Origin: Bacteroidales bacterium
GTDB taxonomy: Bacteria; Bacteroidota; Bacteroidia; Bacteroidales; UBA3824
Length of the DNA: 64,000 nucleotides
Assembly: GCA_024413595.1 (NCBI GenBank)
Contig: JAKSUC010000002.1
Location: 35,335 to 99,334, forward strand
Direction of reading: 5' to 3'
Shown: positions 24,539 to 35,045 of the stretch, piece after piece
How the letters are laid out: every line of letters starts with the position of its first letter
Numbering within the stretch: position 1 is the stretch's first letter
Position numbers and translations under genes: made by a program
The notes under the pieces: generated by a model
Seen by the model: only the letters and a program-made list of their open reading frames with translations
Database searches by the model: none
What the model was told of the DNA's origin: nothing

Positions 24539-26230
24539 TTAATTATTAGTCTTAAATAGTTTTTCCATATTTTCCACTTTACTTCGCATTTCGCGAGTAG
24601 CTTCTGACTCAATTTTAATAAATTTATTCATAATTATTTCATATTCAGCCTTTCTGTTTTCAGGCTTAAAATAATTTTCATTTGCATATAACAAATATAA
24701 TAAGTAATGAGGATAAAGTCTATTCGGTAATCTGTGAGACGAACGAATATAATATTTTTCAGCTTCAGAATAATTATTTAAGTTTTGATAACATTCTCCA
24801 ATAACATTAAATATCATAGGATCAGAAAGATAATTAAGACATTTGTTTAATTCTATAATAGCATCTTGATATTTTTCTGTTTTATAAAGCGAATGTCCAT
24901 ATTCATAAAGAAATCTTCCATTCCAATCCATTTTATCTGACATTTCAGCATAATATTTGGCTGCTTTTGTGTAAACTTTCATATTATAAAACATTTGCGA
25001 TTTTTCCCATTTTTGCATTAAATCAATGCGTTCTGAATAAATTGGACGTTTTATAATCATAAATATTGCTAAAATAGAAAGTAAACTAGCTAAAATAATT
25101 TTATGATAAACATAATTTATGTTTTCTGGAATAATTAATCCAATAGTTAAAATAATCAGAAGTACCACAAATGCAGGTATTTGCATTGGGTAAGATGCAA
25201 AGCAAAAAACTAACAACGAAATTATTCCACCAACAAATTGAAATCTCTTATTTTTATGGGCAAAAAATATTGCAAAAACTAAAAATGCAATAATCAATAA
25301 AGTTAACGGAATTCCATATAATATTGCAAATTGTAAATATTCATTAAACGCATAATCAGGAGAAGTGGCAATATTTTCTTCGTTACCAATATTAAAATAT
25401 CCTTTTTTTTCAATAATGTTAGCAAAATATTTTTCTTGAGCGTTGCCGTATGCAGGTGAAAAAATGTCGTGCCCCGAAATTGGAGAATCCATTACAGCTA
25501 AAGTAGAAATTTTCCATAAAAATAATCTACCATTTGCCGACTCGCTTTTCACTTTCCAAATACCTATTCCAGCTAAAAATAATATTATAACACCTATTAT
25601 TAATAATAATTTTTTGTTGATTTTTATTTTGTCAAGATATTTTTTTAAAATTCCTGAGCATAATAAAACATATATGCAACCAAAACAACCTGAAATCCAA
25701 CTTGTTCTACTCATGGTTGATGGCAAAACAATTATTAATAAAACTAATGTAAAAATTAATATATAATATTGCGATAATATATTGATTTTCTGAAATTTAG
25801 TAATATTTTCAGATTTATTTAAATTTTCTTTTTTCACTTTGATATTCAGCCACATATTTAATGCAATAGGAAGTGTAATTGCCAAATATCCGCCTAAAGG
25901 TCCTGGATTATAAAACGAACCTGTTAATTTAAATATAGAGTGATTAGAATAAGAAAAACCGTATAATTGCATCAAAGAATAAAATGCTTCTATACAGCCA
26001 ACTATAACAATACACCATTCTAAAGTGGATAAAATATGTTTTTTTTCAACAAAAAAAATTGCTACTCCTATAATAATAATTGGAAAAATTCCACGTAAAC
26101 AAAATGAATTCCATTGAGAAATTTGCATTATTTCGTCGGATAGTTTTGCTACTCCATAATTTAGCATCAACCAATATATTACGCTAAAAAAGATTAATCC
26201 ACAAAATATTTTTCTAAGTGTATCAGTCAT
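24539..26230 (-). CDS. O-antigen ligase/polymerase-like (Wzy_C-type) membrane protein with C-terminal TPR repeats
   Basis: 563 aa with about 10 TM helices, a loop reading PSTMSRTSWISG, and a soluble TPR-like C-terminus (AAKYYAEM..., YQDAIIELNKCL..., YSEAEKYYIRS). Confidence 0.55.
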   Translation of the reverse strand: MTDTLRKIFCGLIFFSVIYWLMLNYGVAKLSDEIMQISQWNSFCLRGIFPIIIIGVAIFFVEKKHILSTLEWCIVIVGCIEAFYSLMQLYGFSYSNHSIFKLTGSFYNPGPLGGYLAITLPIALNMWLNIKVKKENLNKSENITKFQKINILSQYYILIFTLVLLIIVLPSTMSRTSWISGCFGCIYVLLCSGILKKYLDKIKINKKLLLIIGVIILFLAGIGIWKVKSESANGRLFLWKISTLAVMDSPISGHDIFSPAYGNAQEKYFANIIEKKGYFNIGNEENIATSPDYAFNEYLQFAILYGIPLTLLIIAFLVFAIFFAHKNKRFQFVGGIISLLVFCFASYPMQIPAFVVLLIILTIGLIIPENINYVYHKIILASLLSILAIFMIIKRPIYSERIDLMQKWEKSQMFYNMKVYTKAAKYYAEMSDKMDWNGRFLYEYGHSLYKTEKYQDAIIELNKCLNYLSDPMIFNVIGECYQNLNNYSEAEKYYIRSSHRLPNRLYPHYLLYLLYANENYFKPENRKAEYEIIMNKFIKIESEATREMRSKVENMEKLFKTNN

Positions 26231-26284
26231 AGTTTTTTGAAGTAAATGCTATCTTGATTTATTGTATAAAGTAAAGATTAATTG

Positions 26285-27331
26285 CTATTTTTCAAGATAT
26301 TTATATTTATTTTGACGTTGTTGCCAACGTTCTCTTGCATATTGTTGCATATCAGCAACTGTATCTTTTTCGTCGATAATTTCAAAACCAAGTAGAGTTT
26401 CAATAATATCTTCCATTGTTGCAATTCCGTCCATTCCACCATATTCGTCAACAACTAAAGCTATTTGTTCTTTTTTCTTTAGTAAATCTTCCCAAAGTGA
26501 AATAACAGGTTTTGTGTTAGGAACCACAACAATATCTCGTTTCATGTCTTTAAGTTTCATTGAGTCATGATCTTCTGCCAACGACTCCATAACTTGTTGA
26601 CGAAAAACATATCCAATAATATTTTCATCGTTGCCATTATAAATAGGAATTCTTGAAAATCTTAAATAATCTTTATTATCAAGAAATTGTCCTAAAGTCA
26701 TATTTTCATCTGCCACCGAAACTACAACTCGTGGTGTCATAATATCACTTACACGATAGTTTCTAAGTTTCATAAGGTTTTGAATTATAGTATTTTCCTT
26801 TTCTTTAAAAATACCTTCTTCTGTACCAATAGTTGCAAGAGCAGAAATTTCTTCACGACTGATTGTTGGTGTATTTTTATCTTTTTTAAATAGTTTTGTA
26901 AGTTGTTGAACTATAATAACTAATGGAAATGTTATTATATAAGTTATACTTATTAAATGTCCCACCAAACCAGCAAGTTTTTCCCAATATTTAGCGCCAA
27001 TAGTTTTTGGTGTAATTTCCGAAAAAACAAGAATTAAAATTGTTAAAATTGCCGATACAATGCCTAAACTTTCAGAACCATACACTTTTGCTGCTTGTGC
27101 ACCCACCATGGCGGCACCTGCGGTATTTGCAATTGTATTTAAAGATAAAATTGCAGCTAAAGGACGGTCTACGTCTGATTTTAGTTTACATAGTTTTTTT
27201 ACGCCTTTGCTTTTAGAATTTTCGTTGATTTTTATAAAAATGGGTGTTACACTTAGTAAAACACTTTCCATCAGCGAACATATAAAAGATATTAATAATG
27301 AAGCTGATAAATAGATAATTAATAGAGTCAT
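26285..27331 (-). CDS. CNNM/DUF21 plus CBS-pair domain membrane protein (hemolysin-related family)
   Basis: 348 aa with an N-terminal DUF21 TM region followed by CBS-pair sequence (RVSDIMTPRVVV..., IALVVDEYGGMDGIATMEDIIE). Confidence 0.8.
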   Translation of the reverse strand: MTLLIIYLSASLLISFICSLMESVLLSVTPIFIKINENSKSKGVKKLCKLKSDVDRPLAAILSLNTIANTAGAAMVGAQAAKVYGSESLGIVSAILTILILVFSEITPKTIGAKYWEKLAGLVGHLISITYIITFPLVIIVQQLTKLFKKDKNTPTISREEISALATIGTEEGIFKEKENTIIQNLMKLRNYRVSDIMTPRVVVSVADENMTLGQFLDNKDYLRFSRIPIYNGNDENIIGYVFRQQVMESLAEDHDSMKLKDMKRDIVVVPNTKPVISLWEDLLKKKEQIALVVDEYGGMDGIATMEDIIETLLGFEIIDEKDTVADMQQYARERWQQRQNKYKYLEK

Positions 27332-27376
27332 AGTCTATTTTGATGAATAATTTATTTTTGACAAAAGTATAAAAAA

Positions 27377-27402
27377 ACGGTTAGGAACAAAAATCCTAAC
27401 CG
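27377..27402 (-). terminator. rho-independent terminator after asd
   Basis: ACGGTTAGGA-acaaaa-TCCTAACCGT with an A7 run on one side and a T6 run on the other. Confidence 0.8.
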
Positions 27403-27424
27403 TTTTTTATGATAGATTATTTTT

Positions 27425-28435
27425 TTATTTTACATTACCAACTTTGATAAGATATTCAGCAATTTGAACAGCATTTAAAGCTGCACCTTTACGAATTTGG
27501 TCACCACTAATCCAAAGTGTTAAACCATTTTCGTCAGTGATATCTTTTCTCATACGTCCAACAAAAATATCATCTTTACCAGCAGTTTCAAGAGGCATTG
27601 GGTAAACAAGATTTGTTGGATCGTCTTTTAATTGACAACCAGGAGCCGCAGCAATAGCTTTTTGAGCTTCTTCAACGCTGATTGGTTTTTCGGTTTCGAT
27701 CCAAATAGACTCAGAATGAGAACGTAAAGAAGAAACTCTAACGCAAGTTGCAGAACATTTAACATCTGAATGCATAATTTTACGAGTTTCATTATACATT
27801 TTCATTTCTTCTTTAGTGTAACCGTTAGGTTGAAAAACATCAATTTGAGGAATAACATTGTATGCCAATTGATGAGCAAATTTTTTAACTGTAACAGGTT
27901 GATTATTAAGAATTTCAGAATATTGTTGTTGTAATTCAGCCATTGCAGCAGCACCAGCACCCGAAGCTGATTGATAACTAGAAACATGAATTCTCTTGAT
28001 GTGAGAAATATTTTCTAGAGGTTGAAGAGCAACAACCATCATAATTGTTGTACAATTAGGATTTGCAATAATACCACGAGGACGGTTTAAAGCGTCTTCT
28101 GCATTACATTCAGGAACCACCAAAGGAACATCTTCGTCCATACGGAAAGCACTTGAATTGTCAATCATTACGGCACCGTATTTAGTTATGTCAGTAGCAA
28201 ATTCTTTAGAAGTGCCAGCTCCAGCTGATGTGAAAGCAATATCAACGTCTTTAAAATCATCATTGTGTTGAAGAAGTTTTACTTCAATTTCTTTACCTTT
28301 GAATGTGTATTTTGTTCCTGCACTACGTTGAGAACCAAATAATACCAATTCATCCATAGGAAAATTTCTTTCGGCGAGAATGCGCAAAAATTCTTGTCCT
28401 ACCGCACCACTCGCACCTACAATTGCTACTTTCAT
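27425..28435 (-). CDS. asd: aspartate-semialdehyde dehydrogenase
   Basis: 336 aa. [19 protein letters not shown](P) fold, active-site region IANPNCTTI, and SYQSASGAG. Confidence 0.9.
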   Translation of the reverse strand: MKVAIVGASGAVGQEFLRILAERNFPMDELVLFGSQRSAGTKYTFKGKEIEVKLLQHNDDFKDVDIAFTSAGAGTSKEFATDITKYGAVMIDNSSAFRMDEDVPLVVPECNAEDALNRPRGIIANPNCTTIMMVVALQPLENISHIKRIHVSSYQSASGAGAAAMAELQQQYSEILNNQPVTVKKFAHQLAYNVIPQIDVFQPNGYTKEEMKMYNETRKIMHSDVKCSATCVRVSSLRSHSESIWIETEKPISVEEAQKAIAAAPGCQLKDDPTNLVYPMPLETAGKDDIFVGRMRKDITDENGLTLWISGDQIRKGAALNAVQIAEYLIKVGNVK

Positions 28436-28644
28436 TTTTTATATATGTTTTAAAATTTAAAGTCCCAAAATTATGCTTTTTACATGATATTTCAATAGCT
28501 TTTTTCTAAATTTAATTTTGATTTAATAATTAAGATTTTTTATTTTTATTAATGATTTGGTAATACTATTAATGTAATATTAAACAATGAAAGATGTGTT
28601 TTATTATCTTATTTTGTTGTATTTATATAATTAATAATAAATAT

Positions 28645-29685
28645 TTATTTTAATAAACTTTTATAAATTCCCATTTCATTTTTTGAAGAGTCTAATCCTA
28701 TTGCATATATTTCATCATTATGAATAGTAAATGAAGTAATTGGTATATTGGTTTTATATAGTTTTAATATATTACCTTTATAATCTATTTGATATATAAT
28801 GCTATTTACATTACCTTCCGAAACTTCTTTAAACGAATCATTCCAACATAGTGACCAAAAACTATCTTGATAAGCAATCACATACGTAAAATATGTTAAT
28901 TTTTCCTCATTATAAACTATTTCATTATTATTTATTTCAAAATTATTTTTGTCATAATCTTTAAAATAAAGTCTTCTATTTAATTTCATATTATTTATAG
29001 AAACTAAATCTATCATTTTATAGTTTTTATAAGCTATTACTATGTTTTTTTCATTAGCAGAATATGTCGATAGAAATATTTGCATTGTTAGACTAAATTT
29101 TGATAAATCTTTATATTTTTTAGGAATTTTGTAAAAATTATAATTTGAAATAGAATCTTTCTTTCTATCATAATATTGTATTTGATATTCTCCTGTTTTT
29201 GTGACAACTATAGCTGTATCATTATATAATAAAACATTATTAACCATAAAAAAATCTTTAGGTAAAGGTTTTTCTGTAATGTTTTCTTTACAATTTGAAT
29301 TTACAGAAACTTGTAAATATTTATAATCATCAACTATGTTAATAGCTTTTTCTTCATTTTTACCTTTTGATACTAAAAATGGAATAATGAAATCAGTTGG
29401 TCCTTGTCCTATATTTCCAAATTCTAGAATTAATGTATCTTTATAATATATCTTAAAAAAATTTTTTTTGACTTTTGTAAATTGCTCTGAAACAATAAAT
29501 AATGAATCAAGAAAACAACAATTTGTTGGTATTAATGGTTGTATATTTAATTTCAATGGCTTAAAATTTATTGTTGTTGTATCAATACTTATATTATCTA
29601 TAGGTTCTATTAATTGTTCTGAATTATTAGAACAACTTGTAATGTAAAATAGTAGTAATAATAAACACTTATAATATTTATTCAT
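28645..29685 (-). CDS. cassette 4: 6-bladed beta-propeller-type lipoprotein
   Basis: The likely start is MNKYYKCLLLLLFYITSC (ATG at 29683-29685). The track ORF extension to 29760 runs through a 21-bp-arm hairpin. Motif FGNIGQGPTDF. Confidence 0.6.
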   Translation of the reverse strand: MNKYYKCLLLLLFYITSCSNNSEQLIEPIDNISIDTTTINFKPLKLNIQPLIPTNCCFLDSLFIVSEQFTKVKKNFFKIYYKDTLILEFGNIGQGPTDFIIPFLVSKGKNEEKAINIVDDYKYLQVSVNSNCKENITEKPLPKDFFMVNNVLLYNDTAIVVTKTGEYQIQYYDRKKDSISNYNFYKIPKKYKDLSKFSLTMQIFLSTYSANEKNIVIAYKNYKMIDLVSINNMKLNRRLYFKDYDKNNFEINNNEIVYNEEKLTYFTYVIAYQDSFWSLCWNDSFKEVSEGNVNSIIYQIDYKGNILKLYKTNIPITSFTIHNDEIYAIGLDSSKNEMGIYKSLLK

Positions 29686-29716
29686 AAATAAAATATTTTT
29701 AATTAGTGAAATATTT

Positions 29717-29767
29717 TTAATTAGTGAATAAATATATGATTTTATAATATATTTATTCACTAATTAA
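29717..29767 (-). promoter_or_regulatory. intercistronic stem-loop directly 3' of peptide gene 4
   Basis: Perfect 21-bp arms TTAATTAGTGAATAAATATAT / ATATATTTATTCACTAATTAA with a 9-nt loop. Confidence 0.7.
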
Positions 29768-29799
29768 TTATAATGATATTAGGTTTGTAGAATATATAA

Positions 29800-30087
29800 T
29801 TATTTACATCTTCTAATAACTTCTACGCAAGCAACTGAACTACAAGAACAATCACGAGAACAAATATTATTTTCCCACATATAGTTTGAAACACGGTATT
29901 CTGCAATACCCCAATCACAATTATTACTACCTCCACCACCTGAGCTTTCTCCATTTTCTGCACCCAATGCTAGTAATTCTACATTTTCCATTTGTAAATC
30001 ACTCAATTGATTATTATTTTGATTTGCTTGGAATATACCAAAAGCACCTGCAGCTACTATGGCTACTGATATAAAAAGTTTTTTCAT
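29800..30087 (-). CDS. cassette 4: NVEALA-motif small Cys-rich secreted peptide
   Basis: 95 aa: MKKLFISVAIVAAGAFGIFQANQNNNQLSDLQMENVELLALGAE, then the core NGESSGGGGSNNCDWGIAEYRVSNYMWENNICSRDCSCSSVACVEVIRRCK (6 Cys). Confidence 0.8.
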   Translation of the reverse strand: MKKLFISVAIVAAGAFGIFQANQNNNQLSDLQMENVELLALGAENGESSGGGGSNNCDWGIAEYRVSNYMWENNICSRDCSCSSVACVEVIRRCK

Positions 30088-30219
30088 GTTTTCTTTATGT
30101 TTTAAGATTAAAAATTAATAAAACAACCGGTTGGTCAAACTTCCAAGAAAAACAAATTTAATTTTTTGAGTCACTAGTAAAATCAAAATCTTAAATAGTT
30201 CTTTTAGGTTTTGACGATG

Positions 30220-30251
30220 CAAATATAGAAAACGCATTTTTTATTTCCAAA
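30220..30251 (-). promoter_or_regulatory. promoter of peptide gene 4
   Basis: On the minus strand, TTTG (30248-30251) and TAtaTTTG (30220-30227) with a 20-nt spacer. It shares the AAAATATTTGGAAA context with the three other peptide promoters. Confidence 0.55.
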
Positions 30252-30402
30252 TATTTTGTAAATTATTTACGTTTTTTTTTTTGATTAACTTTACATCTTT
30301 TAGAACGACACACCATCTATTGAATAAATTTGAATTTTTATGTTTAATTATTTAGTTTTTTGTTTTTAATTAGTAGAGAAAGATAGTGAGATTGTTTCTA
30401 GA

Positions 30403-32094
30403 TTAATCATACATAATTTGATAATCTTTTTTTCTACCTCTAATCCAAAATTCTTGAGGAATAGCTTTCCAATTTCCTTTAGCATGAGGCGAAACAACTT
30501 TCATTTCTTCGATATGACGCATAATAATATATCGTAAATCTTTGCTAGTTGCAGAAGAAATACGTTCTAATAAATTTTCGTGACAAATACCAGAACCATC
30601 AGTTAAATGACCACCGCCACCATTTCCACGATACGAATTTATGGCAACAGTATAAATTTTGTCAAGTTCAAATGGTCGTCCATCGGAAAAACTTTGAATT
30701 GTAATTTTTTCACCAGCAGGTTTTGTTAAGTCAACTGTATAATTTATACCAGAAGCAGATGAATAATTATAAAATTTTCCAGCGGTTCGGTCGTTGCCTT
30801 TTTCGTCAACTTCAAAAAGAACAAGATGATCTTTTTTGTCGCTCATTGTGTTAAACCATGTTCCGTAAGAATATTCAAGATAATCGAGAATTTCTTTACC
30901 TGAAAGTTTCATTGTATATAGCAGATTTTCAAACTTGTAAAGTTTAAACATATCTCTAATACAAACTGTACCTTTTGACACTTTGCTATCAAAAGTTAAA
31001 GGAGCTGCAAACGAAACATCAGCACCAGTTTCTTCTAATTGAATACTATGAATTAAATCAACAAAAGCCGAATTTCCAAACATTGCATCTCTTGACGAAA
31101 TTGTTCTTGTAAATTTTGCAATTGGTTTAGAAACATAATGTTTAATCATGTTGATATAGTCAGAATAGCGTTTCATCATTTCGCTATCTGGTTCACAGCT
31201 ATTCATTTCCATGATTAAACCAGTAATTTTTTTATCTATGAGTTTATCACCGTCTTTTTTTACTTGAATAGAAGCAACAGCAGCTAATTTAGCGCAATTT
31301 TTAGGGTCAAGAATAATAACGCGTCCGCCTTCTGAATTTCTAACCACCATATTAAATTCTTGATGATCGTGACCTGCAAAAATCAAATCAAATCCAGGAA
31401 CTTTTTGAGCCACAAGATTAGAAGCGTTTTCGTTTTTATATTCTTCGTCACTTCTATTATTATAAGTGCTATCAACTCCAGAATGACATAAACCAACAAT
31501 AATATCTGGATTTTCTTTTTCTTTAACAATTTTAATCCATTTTTGAGCACATTCCACCATATCTTGAAATTCGATACCTTCCCAAATTTTTTCAGGAAGC
31601 CAAACAGGAATTGATGGAGTAATAAACCCAATAATAGCAATTTTTACATTTTTACGCGTAATAATTGTATATGGCTTAAAATAAGGTTCCCCCGTTAATT
31701 TATTAACAGCATTTGCTGCCAACCATGGAAAATTAAATTCATTAATAAGTTTGTCATAAACTTCATGCCCAGTTTCAATATCATGATTACCAACGCTTGC
31801 AGCATCGTATTTCATAAAATTCATAACATCGGCACAAATATGCGACTCGCCAGGTTTTCTTTCGTAGTTTGAATAATAAACCACAGGTTGACCTTGAAGA
31901 AAATCTCCATTGTCTAATAAAATCACTTCTTGACTAGTAACGCTACGTTGTTCTTTAATATAAGTGTAAACTTGAGCTAAAGAAGTGTTAAGAGGTTCAT
32001 TTTCAATAAAATCGTATGGAAAAATAGCTCCGTGTACGTCGCCTGTTGCGATTATTTTTATTTTGATGGTTTCCGGAACCGTTGTATTTTCCAT
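30403..32094 (-). CDS. bifunctional metallophosphatase / 5'-nucleotidase (UshA/CpdB-like)
   Basis: 563 aa. Calcineurin-like motifs GDVHGA, DNGDFLQG, GNHD and GHDH, plus a C-terminal 5'-nucleotidase domain. Confidence 0.8.
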   Translation of the reverse strand: MENTTVPETIKIKIIATGDVHGAIFPYDFIENEPLNTSLAQVYTYIKEQRSVTSQEVILLDNGDFLQGQPVVYYSNYERKPGESHICADVMNFMKYDAASVGNHDIETGHEVYDKLINEFNFPWLAANAVNKLTGEPYFKPYTIITRKNVKIAIIGFITPSIPVWLPEKIWEGIEFQDMVECAQKWIKIVKEKENPDIIVGLCHSGVDSTYNNRSDEEYKNENASNLVAQKVPGFDLIFAGHDHQEFNMVVRNSEGGRVIILDPKNCAKLAAVASIQVKKDGDKLIDKKITGLIMEMNSCEPDSEMMKRYSDYINMIKHYVSKPIAKFTRTISSRDAMFGNSAFVDLIHSIQLEETGADVSFAAPLTFDSKVSKGTVCIRDMFKLYKFENLLYTMKLSGKEILDYLEYSYGTWFNTMSDKKDHLVLFEVDEKGNDRTAGKFYNYSSASGINYTVDLTKPAGEKITIQSFSDGRPFELDKIYTVAINSYRGNGGGGHLTDGSGICHENLLERISSATSKDLRYIIMRHIEEMKVVSPHAKGNWKAIPQEFWIRGRKKDYQIMYD

Positions 32095-32407
32095 TGTTTT
32101 ATTGTGTATAATTTATTGTTTGTTAATATTTTATATGATTTTTTTAATATTGTAGTATTTAAAATAATCATTTTTCAAAATTAATGAATTTTTTTAATAT
32201 TTAGTAAATATTTTCGACTTCTTTAATTTTTTTACACAATTATTTTTTATTTTCTTTATGATAATAAGGTATAATATTCTATAAAACATAGACTTTGATA
32301 TTTTATAATTTAATAAATTATTATATAAATTTTTTTTATTTTTTTATTTTATAAAAGTGATTTTTTAAAGAAAAAAACTTCTGTTAATTTTGCACAAAAA
32401 TTGAACT

Positions 32408-33154
32408 ATGGCAAAACGATTAAAAAAATATATAAATAAAAAGGTTAAATCGTTGAAAAAAGTTAAAAATTCATTGTCGCGCGATTATAAAAAAAGTAAA
32501 ATGAATACCAAAAAAGGAAAACGCAAAATGAACTTTTTTTGTGTGTTGATAATGATTGTATTAGGTATATTTTTGTTTTCTTTATGTGTAAAAACCACCG
32601 AACCTGTAAGTCCTAAAGCAAAGGGTGTTGATATTGCAATGTATAATTATGGTTCTGAAATAAAAAGACTTTCAAAACAATTTAATTTGTCACCTTCTTA
32701 TTTAATGGCTTTAATTATGTTAGAGAGTTCAGGAATGAAAGAAGTGCCACCACGATTTGAAAAACATGTTTATAAAAAATTAAAGTCGGTTCAAGAAAAA
32801 AAAATATCTGATTTAGAAAATATAAGTTATAAAGAAATATCCCAAGCTAGTGACGCAGCCTTAAAAAATCTTGCATCATCTTGGGGCCCATTTCAATTGA
32901 TGGGTTATAAATGTATCCATTTGGGAATTGAAATTAAGGATTTGAGAGGTGAAAATTCGTTATATTATGGAGTTTTGTGGATAGACCAAACCTACGGCGA
33001 TTATATTCGTAAAAAGAAATATAAAGATGCGTTCCATATTCACAATACAGGTCGTCCAGTTCCAGCAAATGGAAAATATAAAACGTATAATCCTGATTAT
33101 GTGCCTAATGGAATAGAATATATGAAAATTTTTGAAGAAAAATTTAAGGAATAA
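32408..33154 (+). CDS. membrane-anchored N-acetylmuramidase-like protein (DUF3380-type)
   Basis: Motifs LESSG, RFEKHVY and SWGPFQLMGYK resemble the DUF3380 muramidase family. One TM helix (FFCVLIMIVLGIFLFSL). The start is uncertain: 32408, 32501 or 32528. Confidence 0.5.
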   Translation: MAKRLKKYINKKVKSLKKVKNSLSRDYKKSKMNTKKGKRKMNFFCVLIMIVLGIFLFSLCVKTTEPVSPKAKGVDIAMYNYGSEIKRLSKQFNLSPSYLMALIMLESSGMKEVPPRFEKHVYKKLKSVQEKKISDLENISYKEISQASDAALKNLASSWGPFQLMGYKCIHLGIEIKDLRGENSLYYGVLWIDQTYGDYIRKKKYKDAFHIHNTGRPVPANGKYKTYNPDYVPNGIEYMKIFEEKFKE

Positions 33155-33241
33155 TGTTTTATTATATAGTTTTGCAAAATTTTTGTAATTATTATAATCA
33201 ATAATTAACTCATTAATAATATTTAATTTAATAAAAACAAT

Positions 33242-34345
33242 ATGAAAATCAATCAATCCAAAGCATTAATTGCAATATCTGCAATAGCTTTATTTTCGAT
33301 TTTGCCTTCAAGTTCTGACGCTCAAATCAATCTAAAATCTGACGATGGCAAATTAAGTTTAAAATTAATTGGTCGTACCAATTTTGATGCGGGTATGTAT
33401 CTTGATACTATTGATCATGCAGATAATGGCGTTTGTGTAAACGATACTCGTCTTGGTATAAACGCTAAATATGGCGAAAAATGGTCAACTAAAATTGAAA
33501 TTTGTTACACTGAAAAAACTATTTCTTTCCGTGACGTTTATTTCAATTATGAATTTAACAAAAACAATCACATTCAATTTGGTAACTTCTTTATGCCTTT
33601 TGGTATCAAGGCTTTAGGTCTTGCTTATAAATTTGTTGAAGATGCCTCTGTAGACTACGCATTTTGTCCTGCTCGTAAAATGGGTATCGCTTATATGTAT
33701 ACTTCTGATAAATTTAATTTTACTGGTGGTATTTTTAGTGATGGTAATGTTGATAAAAAAGCTATCAATCAAGGATTAAATCTTTCTGCCAAAGTTATTT
33801 TCCGTCCTATTATTAACGAGTCTACTGTTTTACACTTTGGCGTAGCTCCTTTGTATACTAATAGTCCTAACGAACCTTCTTTCACAGGCATTATGCCAAC
33901 TACTATTCATACTAACAAATTGATTTCTACTGGTACTTTAGGTGCTCCTTCTTATTTAAGATATGAAGGTGAATTAATTTTTATTCACAAAAAATTCTAT
34001 TTAGAAGGTCATTATCAAGGTGCTAATGTTGATATGAGAAACGAAGATGCTTATAATTGTGGTGGTTGGTTTGCTCAAGCTGGTATTTTGTTGATTGGTG
34101 ATCAACAAAACTATAATAAATCTACTGGTTTGGCAGCTAATGCTTCTCCTAAAAACTTAGAATTGTTAGCTCGTGTTGACGAATTAGATTTTGGTACTAA
34201 AGGTGGTCGTCAAAATGATTTAATGATTGGTATCAACTATTTCTTTAGTAAAAATTTAAATATGAAACTCAACTTTGTTAATGCACATGTTAAAGATGGT
34301 GAGTCTTTCAATTTAATTCAACTTCGTACACAATTCTCTTTCTAA
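33242..34345 (+). CDS. outer-membrane porin (phosphate-selective porin O/P-like)
   Basis: 367 aa with a signal peptide ending SSDAQ, alternating beta-strand pattern and a C-terminal aromatic residue (QFSF). Confidence 0.5.
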   Translation: MKINQSKALIAISAIALFSILPSSSDAQINLKSDDGKLSLKLIGRTNFDAGMYLDTIDHADNGVCVNDTRLGINAKYGEKWSTKIEICYTEKTISFRDVYFNYEFNKNNHIQFGNFFMPFGIKALGLAYKFVEDASVDYAFCPARKMGIAYMYTSDKFNFTGGIFSDGNVDKKAINQGLNLSAKVIFRPIINESTVLHFGVAPLYTNSPNEPSFTGIMPTTIHTNKLISTGTLGAPSYLRYEGELIFIHKKFYLEGHYQGANVDMRNEDAYNCGGWFAQAGILLIGDQQNYNKSTGLAANASPKNLELLARVDELDFGTKGGRQNDLMIGINYFFSKNLNMKLNFVNAHVKDGESFNLIQLRTQFSF

Positions 34346-34370
34346 TTAAGAGTTTAATATTTATAAAAAA

Positions 34371-34397
34371 ATCCTATCAAACTTTATTTGATAGGAT
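34371..34397. terminator. bidirectional rho-independent terminator between convergent genes
   Basis: ATCCTATCAAA-cttta-TTTGATAGGAT flanked by A7 and T6 runs. Confidence 0.8.
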
Positions 34398-34417
34398 TTT
34401 TTGTTTTCTATTCTGAA

Positions 34418-35038
34418 TTATCTAATATAATTAGTTTTAACAGCAGGTTCGCGAGTTGGTTTATTGATACCAGCTTTTTTACCATTTTCGATACATTTTA
34501 AAAGCCAAGCCATATTGTCTGCCAAAGTTCGCATAGTTTGCATTCCTTCAAGATCTTGAACCACTTCTTCAGGTGCGTTTCCATGAACTTGGTTCCAATA
34601 TTGAGAACTAACAATTGGCATACAATTAATTCCAAAATATTTGTTTATATCGTCAAAAGCACAACTAGCTCCTCCACGACGACAACTTACTACTGCTGCG
34701 GCTGGTTTGTAAGCAAGTTTACTTCCTGCTGAAAAAAACAATCTATCCATAAAACATTTTAATTGTCCTGAAATTGCTGCATAATAAACTGGCGAGCCAA
34801 ATACAAATCCATCAGCGGAGGCATATTTCTCAACAAATTGATTTACAATATCATCTTGTATACATTTACCTAATTTAGGACATTGTCGACATCCTAAACA
34901 ACCTGCTATTGGTTTTACGCCTATTTGAAATATTTCTGTTTCTATGCCTTGTTTTTCAAGTTGTTTTGCCACTTCACTTAATGCTGTAAATGTACAACCA
35001 TTTTTACGTGGGCTTCCGTTTATTAATACTACTTTCAT
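34418..35038 (-). CDS. flavodoxin-like NAD(P)H-dependent FMN reductase / iron-sulfur flavoprotein family
   Basis: 206 aa. MKVVLINGSPRKNGCT N-terminus and a Cys cluster GCLGCRQCPKLGKC. Confidence 0.75.
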   Translation of the reverse strand: MKVVLINGSPRKNGCTFTALSEVAKQLEKQGIETEIFQIGVKPIAGCLGCRQCPKLGKCIQDDIVNQFVEKYASADGFVFGSPVYYAAISGQLKCFMDRLFFSAGSKLAYKPAAAVVSCRRGGASCAFDDINKYFGINCMPIVSSQYWNQVHGNAPEEVVQDLEGMQTMRTLADNMAWLLKCIENGKKAGINKPTREPAVKTNYIR

Positions 35039-35045
35039 TTTTATT

